DNA from: a virus
IMG/VR virus record: IMGVR_UViG_3300042867_001113
Direction: 5' to 3' (one strand)
Length of the DNA stretch: 64,000 bases
Shown: positions 16,375-25,831 of the stretch, piece by piece
Position numbering within the stretch: position 1 is the stretch's first letter
Layout of the letters: each line of letters starts with the position of its first letter
The notes under the pieces: model-generated
Told to the model about the DNA's origin: nothing
Databases searched by the model: none
What the model saw: the letters and a program-made list of their open reading frames with translations, nothing else
Position numbers and translations under genes: made by a program

Positions 16375-19182
16375 TCACGGGAGGAGGACGTAGATGGGTT
16401 CGGCGTTGACAGGCAGGGTGTCGTCGATGAGGCGCTGCACGCGCTCGAAGGCTTGGTCGTTCGCCAAAGCTCCTTCCGAGATCAGCTTGGCAGTCTTGGT
16501 CAGCTCGATGAGCACGCGGTAGGTCGCGCAGATGTTGCAGTCGAGAATGATGTTGCAGATGTAGGTGAACGCGACCGGCCCCACGACTGGAGGAACGGTG
16601 GACTGCGTCGTGACTGTGTAGACGGCGTTCGGGTAGGTCGTCGCAATCTGCGGGACTGCGTCCAAATCGACATAGGGGACCAGCACAGGCGCCCCGAGGG
16701 AGACGAGTGTGGGTGGAGCGTCGAGGAAACGGATGTTCCCCGCGCTGTCAGTGAACTGCCAATCCCCTCCGGTGTAGACCGAGATGTCGTCACCCGTGAT
16801 GGTCAAAGTGTGAGTGTTGAGCACTGAGGAGATGGCCGTGATGGTTGAGCCGCTTGCCGAGGATGAAAGTGCGTCTGGGTCCACCAAAGTCGATCCGACG
16901 ATGATGGGTTCAACGTCACACATGACGTCGATGCCGGGTCGGTTGAAAGCTGTACGACCTTGGATGTCGGCCATGACCGCGACATAATCGAGGTCGACGT
17001 CGTCCATCCGAGGGAAGGTCGGAACGACAGTCGTGAAGAGCTGTCCGATGGACGAGGTCAGCAGCCCGTTGTTGGGCTCGACGTAGTTCCAGTTCTCGAT
17101 CGGCCCAAGATTGGCCCCTATGGACGGCTGGAGGAGGCGGACCACCGTGGGCGAGATGATCGATCCGATGACCCAGAAATTGTTGTTCACTGGAGCGACA
17201 GAGGCAGAGTTCCCTGTGTTGAGCACGCGCCCGACGTCCGAGGCGACGAAGCTCTGGGTGGGGTCGCTGAATTCGGCGAAGCCAGCGTTGTTCGTGATGG
17301 TGCCCGTGAGCCGACTGCGACCCGGGTCAGCGATGTAGATGTAGTTGAATCCTGCCGATGTTGATGTCCCCGGAGCTGCGACCACCGTGAAGAGAGGCAG
17401 CACGTTGGCACTGAAGCCGGACAGGTGAGCGACGTCGATGACTGATTGGGCGGTGCCTTTCACCGCAATCCACTGCGAGACCTGCCTCACCCAAGCACGC
17501 TGACGGTCGTCGACCTGTTGAGTGTCCACCTCGACGCCGAAGTCCCGCGCAAAGATATCGAGCAGCGCCTGTGCGTGAGCCTGCACCTCGCAGTCGAGTG
17601 GGTTCAAACGAGTTGGATCGGGACGGATGATGGGGGCGGAGCGGATCTCCCAGTAGCAGACCGACGGGTCCGCCCGGAGGAAGGCTTTCACAAAGGCCCG
17701 GTCACCGGCAGAGTTCACCCCCATGATCTCGTAGCAGCCGTCGTTGCCGAGGACAGAACCGTGGATCGACAGGAGCTTCCCGATGTCCGTGGGCTCGAAC
17801 GACGCAGACGGGGAGAAAACTCGGGTGGTCGTCGGCGTCGGATGCAGCGGGTCAGGGCCCGAGTTCGGCAAGACTTCGAGGTCGAAGTTCTCATTGCTGA
17901 CCACCCCGAGAGGCAGTCCACCCCTCAGCGTGATGCGAGCGAACGGACGGACGGCCCAGAAGAACGGCCCCGCCGTCTCTGGGAGGCGAAGTCCTTTGAT
18001 GGGGGCCCGGTCGAACGCTGCGACAGTAGTCTCCACGCCGGGAGTGACGGTGCGGTACACCTCGACGTACTTCGTGATGGTCGGGTTCAGCCCGATCGCC
18101 GTGACGATGTCAGAGGGGATCGTCGTGATGTTCGATCCTGCATCCGTCGCCAGCCGCACCGTGATGTCGAAGCGCTCTTGGGAGATGGCGTCCGACTGGA
18201 ACGAGACGACGAGTGGGAGGTTCGGAAGCGCCTCGTAGGAGTGCAGGATGGTGACTGGTCGGTCGGCGGTGGTGCGATAGGCGTAGGTGATCTTCCCGAA
18301 GGGGTCTTTGAGCGTTCCGGGCACGACAAGGCGTCCGACAACCGCTCGCCCCGCCTCCACGTCCCCAATCTCCGTGAGAACCGACGCTCCGTCCGACAGG
18401 GGCCCGAGGAAGATCAGCTTCCCGATGTCTGTCTGCGTGAACGTGTAGGAGGGTGAACCGACGGTACCTGCCGCGTCGACCTCCCCGTCCTTGAACTCGC
18501 GTTCGTTGAGCTGCTGGTTGTTGAGGACGGACTGGTAGTACATCTGGCGCGTCAGCACAGTGAACTGCTTCGCACCGTCGAACACCTGCCAGCCAATCTC
18601 CACGAGACGAGGGTCACCTCCCCGAAGCTCAACCTCGACTTCATCGACGGGGATCTCAACCGCTGGGCGCAGCTCCCATCGCATCGGGCCAGCGTCCACA
18701 GCGATCAGAGGGTCGGTGAAGACCTCCTTCTCGTTGATGAATCCCGAGATGGTGAATGTCTGCTGGTTGTTCGTCTGAACTGACGACCGGCGGATGATGA
18801 TCTGTTTTCCGATATCCGCTGGGGAGAACCGAGTGGTCCGGTCCTGCGCCGTGAAGGTGCCGGACGAATACACCCGGGCCTGCGCGCCTGTTTGCTCGAT
18901 CGCCCCTGTGGGGATGATCTGCTTCCCGAGCGTCAGGAAGTCAAACTCTGACCATGCAGTCCGAACAAGGAAAGGGTCGCGGAGGTCACCGTACTGGCGG
19001 ATGTGCTCGCGAAGGTTGTCGAAGGACGGGAACAGGCCCTCTTGCAGGCGCTCCAGCAGATGGCCATTGTCGACGTCGGCCTTCTGGTAGAACTGCGGAA
19101 TCGTGTCGAAGAGGACGTTGCGCGCCCAATCCGCCTGCCCCGCAGGGTTCTGTCCAAAAGGTCCACTCCCAAATCCACCCAC
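16375..19182 (-). CDS. baseplate wedge subunit (gp7/tail protein I-like)
   Basis: N-term LFDTIPQFYQ..D....LER; ..KGT..SV..VAHLSGF; C-term IDDTLPVN. Confidence 0.65.
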   Translation of the reverse strand: MGGFGSGPFGQNPAGQADWARNVLFDTIPQFYQKADVDNGHLLERLQEGLFPSFDNLREHIRQYGDLRDPFLVRTAWSEFDFLTLGKQIIPTGAIEQTGAQARVYSSGTFTAQDRTTRFSPADIGKQIIIRRSSVQTNNQQTFTISGFINEKEVFTDPLIAVDAGPMRWELRPAVEIPVDEVEVELRGGDPRLVEIGWQVFDGAKQFTVLTRQMYYQSVLNNQQLNEREFKDGEVDAAGTVGSPSYTFTQTDIGKLIFLGPLSDGASVLTEIGDVEAGRAVVGRLVVPGTLKDPFGKITYAYRTTADRPVTILHSYEALPNLPLVVSFQSDAISQERFDITVRLATDAGSNITTIPSDIVTAIGLNPTITKYVEVYRTVTPGVETTVAAFDRAPIKGLRLPETAGPFFWAVRPFARITLRGGLPLGVVSNENFDLEVLPNSGPDPLHPTPTTTRVFSPSASFEPTDIGKLLSIHGSVLGNDGCYEIMGVNSAGDRAFVKAFLRADPSVCYWEIRSAPIIRPDPTRLNPLDCEVQAHAQALLDIFARDFGVEVDTQQVDDRQRAWVRQVSQWIAVKGTAQSVIDVAHLSGFSANVLPLFTVVAAPGTSTSAGFNYIYIADPGRSRLTGTITNNAGFAEFSDPTQSFVASDVGRVLNTGNSASVAPVNNNFWVIGSIISPTVVRLLQPSIGANLGPIENWNYVEPNNGLLTSSIGQLFTTVVPTFPRMDDVDLDYVAVMADIQGRTAFNRPGIDVMCDVEPIIVGSTLVDPDALSSSASGSTITAISSVLNTHTLTITGDDISVYTGGDWQFTDSAGNIRFLDAPPTLVSLGAPVLVPYVDLDAVPQIATTYPNAVYTVTTQSTVPPVVGPVAFTYICNIILDCNICATYRVLIELTKTAKLISEGALANDQAFERVQRLIDDTLPVNAEPIYVLLP

Positions 19183-19246
19183 TGCGAACCTCCATCGGGG
19201 CTGAAGTACAGCACCCTACTACCGTGCGTTCCTCTGGACTACTGCG

Positions 19247-19260
19247 GGTCCGTATGGTCC
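19247..19260. promoter_or_regulatory. GGACCATAYGGNCC site, intergenic
   Basis: Minus strand GGACCATACGGACC. Confidence 0.75.
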
Positions 19261-19266
19261 TCGAAC

Positions 19267-19644
19267 TCAGAGGGGCAAGTAGGTCACACCGGGTTGGATG
19301 ACGAAGGAGCTGCGGGGAACGACGTTGTACCGCTCTGAGGACGCCGTGATGAGCCAGACGTCGAACGCGAGCGTGCAGGGTGCGATGCCCTGCGTGTCCG
19401 CTGGGACAAAGTAGAACTCAGCGATCCCTCTGCGGGGAACCGTGATGGCCGCTTCGCTGGGGATGTTCGATCGCTTCTGGATGGTGGGCAGGTCGTCGCT
19501 CAGAGCCTGCTTTACCGTGAGGATCACCCGACCACCCGTGAGGTCGTAGGGCGTACCGTCAGGGTTCGTGACGACCATCTGGAGCTTCTTGGTCGTGCCC
19601 CGGATGATCGTCAGGCTGTTCGCAGGGAGAAGCAGCGGCTGCAT
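19267..19644 (-). CDS. BppU-N-like Ig-fold virion protein
   Basis: IIRGTT...PYDLTG...LTVK...G.AEF.F.PADT...FDVWL. Confidence 0.65.
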   Translation of the reverse strand: MQPLLLPANSLTIIRGTTKKLQMVVTNPDGTPYDLTGGRVILTVKQALSDDLPTIQKRSNIPSEAAITVPRRGIAEFYFVPADTQGIAPCTLAFDVWLITASSERYNVVPRSSFVIQPGVTYLPL

Positions 19645-19659
19645 GGAGGCTCCAGTCAG

Positions 19660-19980
19660 TCACTTCTCGCGGGGAACCCACCCCTCGGCGAGCTGGGAAA
19701 TGACATCCACAACGTAGCAGAATCCTGCTGAAGCGAACGCCCAGATTGCAGCAGGACCGACTGTGGCTGCCAGTGCCTCGTGGATAGGCATCGAGGCGCT
19801 CACGGGCAGGCCATAAATGACCCGAGCCAAGAGCCACCCGAGCCAACCTGCGTGGAAGCCCGTGCAGTAGGAGCACGAGAGCATCCGGTCAAAGAAGTTC
19901 ACCTTGCGGAGCACGTCGACCTTGTTCATCAAGCCGAAGCACAGGCCGTAGCAGAGCAACAGGTCGATCAGAGCAGGCAT
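19660..19980 (-). CDS. small membrane protein (DUF1360-like, CxYCxGF); possible holin
   Basis: Three hydrophobic segments, LSCSYCTGFHAGW. Confidence 0.55.
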   Translation of the reverse strand: MPALIDLLLCYGLCFGLMNKVDVLRKVNFFDRMLSCSYCTGFHAGWLGWLLARVIYGLPVSASMPIHEALAATVGPAAIWAFASAGFCYVVDVISQLAEGWVPREK

Positions 19981-20342
19981 CAGAGCTTCTCCTCGGAAAC
20001 AGTTTTCTTCCGTCGGGACGTTCCGGCGGGGGCTGCCCGGCGGGACGTGACCGGCGGGACAGCACGGCTGGTGTCGACGGGGACCAACCGACAGCAGGCC
20101 GTGGCTGCGCTCTTGGCGAATATCTCGACGGTGTCCGGCTGGTCGTCGCCGTCACAGTCGAAGCCGAGATGCAGCTTGTGCGTGTTGAGGGCCGCGAAGA
20201 TCAGGTCGCGTTCCTCCTTCATGGAGTCGGAAATGTGCACCAAGCCGTGCTGCCGCAGGATCTCAACCTGCAGCAGCCGCTTGACGGCTTCTCCGAGACC
20301 CATCTCCATTATTTTCGAGACTTGCTTCTCGGGGTCGGTCAC
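19980..20342 (-). CDS. hypothetical protein
   Basis: 120 aa, TGATG coupling. Confidence 0.55.
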   Translation of the reverse strand: MTDPEKQVSKIMEMGLGEAVKRLLQVEILRQHGLVHISDSMKEERDLIFAALNTHKLHLGFDCDGDDQPDTVEIFAKSAATACCRLVPVDTSRAVPPVTSRRAAPAGTSRRKKTVSEEKL

Positions 20343-20348
20343 AGAAAC

Positions 20349-20696
20349 CTACTTCGTGCGAGTGAAGCTGCGGGATTCTTGGCTGTAGCTGTAGGTGAAG
20401 TCGCCTTGGAAGTTCAGGCCGGTGGCGATGCCAGCGGCCTTGATGGCATCCTCAAAGCTCTTCCTCGCGAGGTGGACCTGCGACTGGAGCGCGAGGGACT
20501 CTTGGTGAGCCCGCTCCGTGAAAGCGCCGAGGTTCAGAAGCAGCTGGTGCAGCTGTCTCTCGGCGGGGAGGACGAGGTCAAGCTGGGCTTGGTCGATCGG
20601 CGTCGATTCACCGACAACGAGGGTGATCTTGGGAGCAGGTGCCTCTTCGATGGGGGCAACAGCTTCAGACACTTCGGGAACGGGGGCTTCGGTCAC
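20349..20696 (-). CDS. hypothetical coiled-coil protein
   Basis: 115 aa, GTG start with AGGAG RBS. Confidence 0.6.
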   Translation of the reverse strand: MTEAPVPEVSEAVAPIEEAPAPKITLVVGESTPIDQAQLDLVLPAERQLHQLLLNLGAFTERAHQESLALQSQVHLARKSFEDAIKAAGIATGLNFQGDFTYSYSQESRSFTRTK

Positions 20697-20750
20697 GTGA
20701 TCTCCTGCGGAGGGGTTACGCGTCCATACCAGACTACGCCTAAGTCAACA

Positions 20751-21806
20751 TCACAAAATCGATGACGTCTTGATCGACAAGGAGACCGAGGCGGTCAGGA
20801 ACAAGGGGCTGCTGTACGCGGAGGCGTCATCGACGATGCCGACTTCGGTCACGACGGTACCCGGTGCGAAGCCGGTGACATTGTTCGTGAGCTTCCCTGA
20901 GGTGAGAGAGACGTAGACCGGGTCGCCTGCGGCCAAGGTCAGTCCAGCAATGAAGTTCGCAGCTGCGAAGCTGGCGATCGGTTGCACTTTGCCGACCCCG
21001 GGCCCGCCTACGGTGTGGACGATTCCGACTGCGCGTGCGGTTCCAATCACCGTTGCGTTCGCTGATGAGGCGACGCCGTTTCCCGAAATTCGCGCAACGT
21101 CTCCAAGGGTCAGGAGCGAAGTGTCGAGCGTCAGAAGCGTGGTTCCTCCGCCTGCGGAAGGTGCGGAAACCCAGACCGCGCCTGTGGAGGTGAGCACGTT
21201 CCCCACGGCCCCGGGCACCGCCAAGCCTGTCCCTCCGTTCGCAACAGGCACGATGCCTGTCAGGGAGATAATCGGCGTGGCACCGCCGCTCGAATTGAGC
21301 GGAGCCAAGGCCGAGACAGAAGTCACACCGCCACCTCCGCCCGGGGCGTCGATGATGGGCAGTGCGTCGCCGTCGTTCAGCACTTGGCCGTTGCGCCAGT
21401 ACAGTTTGTTTTGCCGCCGCCGGAACAGGACGAGCGTGTTGTCCACCTCAGACGGGGGAAGAACGTCGGCCACCTCGAAAATGAGAACGACTGGGGCTTG
21501 CGGTGAGGGCTGGAAGCGGACGTAGCCCAACGCGCCATCGTTCAAGACCGACAAGAGGCTGCCGACGGCGATGGTCTCTGCGTACCCCGACTGCGAGGAG
21601 TTCAGGACAATCGGCAGCGTCCAAGCCACCGTGCCGAGCGTCGCGTCCCAAGAGATGATGCCGCCACCCGAAAGGATGATGTTCTTCTCATCGTGCAGGG
21701 CAAAGACCGATGCGTCTTCGGCCCGGACCATGTCCTCGAAGGAAGAATACCAAGGATCTTGGCCATCACGAGGGTACGGCCACTGCATGCGAGGACTGGT
21801 GGACAT
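20751..21806 (-). CDS. tail fibre-associated virion protein
   Basis: VTSVSA.APL.SSGG.TP.ISL, VPVANGGTG and GNVLTS.G fibre-type motifs. Confidence 0.65.
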   Translation of the reverse strand: MSTSPRMQWPYPRDGQDPWYSSFEDMVRAEDASVFALHDEKNIILSGGGIISWDATLGTVAWTLPIVLNSSQSGYAETIAVGSLLSVLNDGALGYVRFQPSPQAPVVLIFEVADVLPPSEVDNTLVLFRRRQNKLYWRNGQVLNDGDALPIIDAPGGGGGVTSVSALAPLNSSGGATPIISLTGIVPVANGGTGLAVPGAVGNVLTSTGAVWVSAPSAGGGTTLLTLDTSLLTLGDVARISGNGVASSANATVIGTARAVGIVHTVGGPGVGKVQPIASFAAANFIAGLTLAAGDPVYVSLTSGKLTNNVTGFAPGTVVTEVGIVDDASAYSSPLFLTASVSLSIKTSSIL

Positions 21807-21826
21807 GCGATGCTCGTTTCAGGCGC

Positions 21827-24004
21827 CTAGACGGCGGAAGGACCAGTGTAGAGGACGGAGGTTACGACGAAGGAGTCCTTGGTCACTACCTCGCTGTCGA
21901 GGATGATGAGGTTGCCGAAGGAGTCCAGTTTCGTCGTGAGAGGGATGACCGGGCTGTCCGCCGTCAGGTACCCAGTGATGATCGGGTTCACGAAGACCAC
22001 GCCAGCAACCGTCAGCGCGCCGTCGGTGATCTCGGAGCGGTACAACGATCCCCCGAACAGCCGATTCTTGAGCAGGTTGTCCAGCACCGATTCAACTGCG
22101 AGCCGAGCCACCTGCTCGCTGAAGCCGGGGCGAACGCCAATCTGCACATCGAGAATGGCGTAGATCAGGGACCGTTCTCCCGAGGTGACTTGCACCGTCT
22201 GCGTCACAGCCTTCCGGGCGTCGAGGTAGCTCTGCAAGCTCAACTTCAGACCGAGGCTGGGGGCGACGTAGAAGCCGCTCGCGTCCCGAGTGAGGATCGG
22301 GACCGTGACGAGGTTCGCCGAGCAGTTCGCGGACAAAATCGCGTCCACGTGAGCCTCGATCTCATCGAGCGTTCCGTTGACAGTCCCGACGCCGATGCCC
22401 CCCGGCTCGAAGGGGAACACAGCTGCCGTGATGGTAGGCGAGACAACCGTGTCGATGTCGACCACCGCCGCATCAGAGGCTGAGACTGCGTTGGTCTGAG
22501 CCAGCAATATGGAGTCAGGAGTCGTTGGAGCAAGACCGACTGCGAGGAGGTCGTCTCGCACGTCTCCGCAAGACACCACGGACGAGTCGATCTGCGACTG
22601 CATCGTGACGAGGTCGATGTTGATGTTCGTGAACAGCCCCTGCAGAGCGGTCTTGGTGGAAGAGGTGAGCTGGTCGGTCCCTGCAACCGGGATGGGCCCG
22701 AGCGTGACCAGTCCGTCATTGCACCGGCTACTTGCAAGCACCGCACGGTTGCTGGCGGAGTTCAGGGTCGAAATCGTCGTCGTGAGCGTTCCCGTTGCGC
22801 CTGTGTTGAGCACCCCGATGTCGGCGATGCCAGTCGTGATCGTGATGTTCGACGCTGTGATGCTGGCGGTGTCGGCTGCCAGTGCCACGATCTGGGCGTC
22901 CACTGTGGTCGCGACCGGGCCCACGATGTTGCGGACGTCCTGCAGCAGACTCTGGAGTTCGAGGTCGCTGTCGGCAGATCGGGTCGAGTACGCCTGCGAC
23001 GCGGCCACACGCCCGAAGAGAGGATCAGCGAACGCTGAAGAGAGGGCCACGTAGTCACTGCGGGTCACCGCAACTTGACGGCTCTTGTAGACCTGCCCCG
23101 CGAGGTACTTCGCTCTTTCGAGCGACTCTGGATCGTCTCCGCCAACTGCACCCTCTGGATTTGTGATGCTGAGGGCGATGGTCTGAAAACTGACCACGAG
23201 TGGCTTGACGACCTTCGTGATGGTGTTCGCGGTCACCTGCCCGGCGAGCCCAGTTGCGGCGATGTAGGTGACGGCGATCGTGGAGTTCGGCCCCGGAATA
23301 TCGGTCTGAGCGACTGTTCCATCCCCGAAGCGGATCGTCGTCGGGTCGTCGCTGTAGCCGACCTCGAAGAACTGCCCGCCCGTGATGGGGAGGAAGTCTG
23401 CCTCTGCGTAGGGGGAACCGTTGACGAGGACGGAAACGGATCCCTGCACAACACTTTTCCCTGATGGGACGTTGCGAAGGTTGAAGACTTGGCTTGCAGT
23501 GCCGTCGCCGACGAACGACTCGGAGACGCTCTCCCCTTCATAGACCGGGATGGTCTGCGGCGAGTTCTGCCGAGGGGCGAACGTCACTGCCTCAGCAGTC
23601 TCAAAGATCAAGCTGTTGGGGCCCAGAAACTGAAAGCCGACCGGGATCGTGACTGTAAAGTTGACAGGGTTTGAGATGCTGACGACGACGTCGGTGGAGG
23701 AACTGACGGCTCCTCCCATCTTGTAGCCGAGCTGCCTCGTGAGGCGTGACACAGCCTTCCGCGTCTGCGCCGTGTCGAGGTACGAGTCGGAGGCGCGGCG
23801 GTCGAGATAGAACGCGAGGGAGTCGAGGCCATATGCCGAGATGTCCAACAGCATGATGGCGAGACTGGAGAGGGCAAAGTCGTTGAATTCTGCTGCGAAC
23901 TTCGTCTGAAGTTCTGAGCGCAGATCGTCGAAAATCGTCGGGAAGTCGAGCCCGACGTACTGCACCTTATTGAGAGCGGCGACCGCCGTTGTCGTGTTCG
24001 CCAT
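21827..24004 (-). CDS. baseplate wedge protein (T4 gp6 / P2 gpJ-like)
   Basis: Y..LDF..I...L, FYLDR.A...YL.TA, LGY, FGDG, GG.DPES, AVTRSDY. Confidence 0.9.
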   Translation of the reverse strand: MANTTTAVAALNKVQYVGLDFPTIFDDLRSELQTKFAAEFNDFALSSLAIMLLDISAYGLDSLAFYLDRRASDSYLDTAQTRKAVSRLTRQLGYKMGGAVSSSTDVVVSISNPVNFTVTIPVGFQFLGPNSLIFETAEAVTFAPRQNSPQTIPVYEGESVSESFVGDGTASQVFNLRNVPSGKSVVQGSVSVLVNGSPYAEADFLPITGGQFFEVGYSDDPTTIRFGDGTVAQTDIPGPNSTIAVTYIAATGLAGQVTANTITKVVKPLVVSFQTIALSITNPEGAVGGDDPESLERAKYLAGQVYKSRQVAVTRSDYVALSSAFADPLFGRVAASQAYSTRSADSDLELQSLLQDVRNIVGPVATTVDAQIVALAADTASITASNITITTGIADIGVLNTGATGTLTTTISTLNSASNRAVLASSRCNDGLVTLGPIPVAGTDQLTSSTKTALQGLFTNINIDLVTMQSQIDSSVVSCGDVRDDLLAVGLAPTTPDSILLAQTNAVSASDAAVVDIDTVVSPTITAAVFPFEPGGIGVGTVNGTLDEIEAHVDAILSANCSANLVTVPILTRDASGFYVAPSLGLKLSLQSYLDARKAVTQTVQVTSGERSLIYAILDVQIGVRPGFSEQVARLAVESVLDNLLKNRLFGGSLYRSEITDGALTVAGVVFVNPIITGYLTADSPVIPLTTKLDSFGNLIILDSEVVTKDSFVVTSVLYTGPSAV

Positions 24005-24037
24005 GCGAGAACCTGCTTCCTAGATGATCGGACTGTT

Positions 24038-24421
24038 CTACGGGGCGGCTGTCGGAATGGCGACCGGGAAAGAGCCCGTCGTCCCTGTGGCGACCACTGT
24101 GTACTCGATCAGGATGGTCACGGAGGTGTCATCGCGAGTGAAAGAGATGTTGTCGAGCCGAGCCCGTGGCTCCCACCGAGCAATCGTCGTTGAAATTTCA
24201 GACCTGATAATCTGCGTCAGGATGTCATCGTTGTTCTCGAAGACGTACTGCTGGACGTCGCACCCAAACTGAGGACGCATCGGGCGTTCACCTCGTTGGG
24301 TCTGCAGAATCTGCTGCAGAGACATCCGGACAAGGTCGTCATCAACGGTGCCTGCTGGCACACTCTGAGAGCCCTTCTGGAAGGGAAATGCTACGCCTCG
24401 GTAGAATGCCGTCAGGGCCAT
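24038..24421 (-). CDS. baseplate gp25/GPW-like sheath initiator
   Basis: IL.TQRGERPMRPQFGC...I..WEPR. Confidence 0.9.
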   Translation of the reverse strand: MALTAFYRGVAFPFQKGSQSVPAGTVDDDLVRMSLQQILQTQRGERPMRPQFGCDVQQYVFENNDDILTQIIRSEISTTIARWEPRARLDNISFTRDDTSVTILIEYTVVATGTTGSFPVAIPTAAP

Positions 24422-24428
24422 ATGGTCC
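24415..24428. promoter_or_regulatory. GGACCATAYGGNCC site overlapping the gp25-like start codon
   Basis: Minus strand GGACCAT-ATG-GCCC. Confidence 0.75.
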
Positions 24429-24466
24429 GCCTCCTTGGGTACTGCATCCTAGACGTATCTGCGCGT

Positions 24467-24952
24467 TCACACCACCGGCCCGATGATGGGTGGGCCAGAT
24501 GGCTGTGGGAACGTGACGAGCGTGCTCAAGGTGGCAGTGTGGAGCGCAGTGGCAACGGCTGTCGCGTAGACCTCGGCGGGATTCGGCACCACCAAGAGAG
24601 CCGTCAGGATGGGCAGCATGGCGGGTGCGAGGACAGGGGGAGCTGCCACACCGGGGAGTGGGACGCCTGCGAAGATGGCTCCCGTCCAGAAGAGAGTGAT
24701 CATCGAGACGAAGCCTGTGGCGACTACCGGAGGAGCACCCGGAAGCACCGCAAAGGCCGCTCCCAGTGCCAAGTCCATCGTGGCCGCGCTGGGGCCCGGA
24801 GTCACCAGCGGAAAGCCAAGGGAGACGCCTGCGGCGGCGTACTCCCGGTAGGCAGAAGCAATCCGAACGGCAGCCGTGAAGGGGTCTGGTGGCTTGTCCG
24901 TGGTGGACAGCTTGAGCAGCGCGTTTTGGAGAACGGACGGATTGAGAGGCAC
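24467..24952 (-). CDS. hydrophobic Ala/Pro-rich baseplate-region protein
   Basis: 161 aa between spike and gp25. Confidence 0.6.
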   Translation of the reverse strand: MPLNPSVLQNALLKLSTTDKPPDPFTAAVRIASAYREYAAAGVSLGFPLVTPGPSAATMDLALGAAFAVLPGAPPVVATGFVSMITLFWTGAIFAGVPLPGVAAPPVLAPAMLPILTALLVVPNPAEVYATAVATALHTATLSTLVTFPQPSGPPIIGPVV

Positions 24953-24955
24953 CGT

Positions 24956-25831
24956 TCACTTCACCTTGACGACGGTCGACAGGAGCGCTGGGGTTGCAGG
25001 AGCGACTGGAGGGCTGGATGGCCCAACGCCGGTCGCGTGGGTGTGCGTATTGAGCCACGTCAAAAGCTGTTGCCCGAGCACCGCAGGCTCCGTCGGAAGG
25101 TTCCCAAGGTTCACGGCAGCGGCTTTGGCGGAAAACTCAGACGCCCCGTCGATGACGACCTTCTGGGTGGTCTTGATGGTCACGCCACCTGCGTCGATGG
25201 TGATGGTGTTCGAGTTGTCCTTGTCCGTGATGGTGATCTTCTTCCCCACCGTGTCGATGACGACCGACGACTCATTCGCTGCCTGCAGCTTGACCGCGCC
25301 GTCTTTGGTGAACTGGAGGAAGGCGTTGTCGCCATCCCGAGCTGCGCTGACACCATCAGTCGGCTGCGCCGTTGGCTTTCGCCACTTGAGCGTCACGTCC
25401 TCCGAACCACTCTCGTCGTTGAGGACGAAGGAGTGCCCCATGCGGGTCACGAAGCCTCGTCGGGTGGGCGACGAACCGTCCGCCGCCGGGTAGCCCAACT
25501 CTGGTGGAACTTTACCCTTCGCCGAGAACCCGCCGAAGTAGATGGGCCGACCCGTCAACCGACCGCGCGGATAGGCGATCCACACGACGTCACCGACCTC
25601 CGGAGGCCAGAACCATCCCCGATCGGGCCCTCCGCCCGCAAATGCAGGGTACGCCCAGATGTCTGGGGGCTTGTCGTTGCCGACCTCCTCGCACAAGACC
25701 TGGATGCGACCTTGCTTCTCAGGGTCAGTCACCGACGTCACGCGCGCCAAGTAGGTGCCGTAGAACACCAGATGAGGTTCGAGGCCGTAATTCTGCAGCC
25801 ACTCGTAGAAGCTCTCGAAACTCAGGCTCAT
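24956..25831 (-). CDS. baseplate central spike (gp5/gpV-like OB fold plus beta-helix)
   Basis: DPEKQGRIQV, PEVGD.VW, TRMGHSFVLND, C-terminal HTH iron-binding apex motif. Confidence 0.9.
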   Translation of the reverse strand: MSLSFESFYEWLQNYGLEPHLVFYGTYLARVTSVTDPEKQGRIQVLCEEVGNDKPPDIWAYPAFAGGGPDRGWFWPPEVGDVVWIAYPRGRLTGRPIYFGGFSAKGKVPPELGYPAADGSSPTRRGFVTRMGHSFVLNDESGSEDVTLKWRKPTAQPTDGVSAARDGDNAFLQFTKDGAVKLQAANESSVVIDTVGKKITITDKDNSNTITIDAGGVTIKTTQKVVIDGASEFSAKAAAVNLGNLPTEPAVLGQQLLTWLNTHTHATGVGPSSPPVAPATPALLSTVVKVK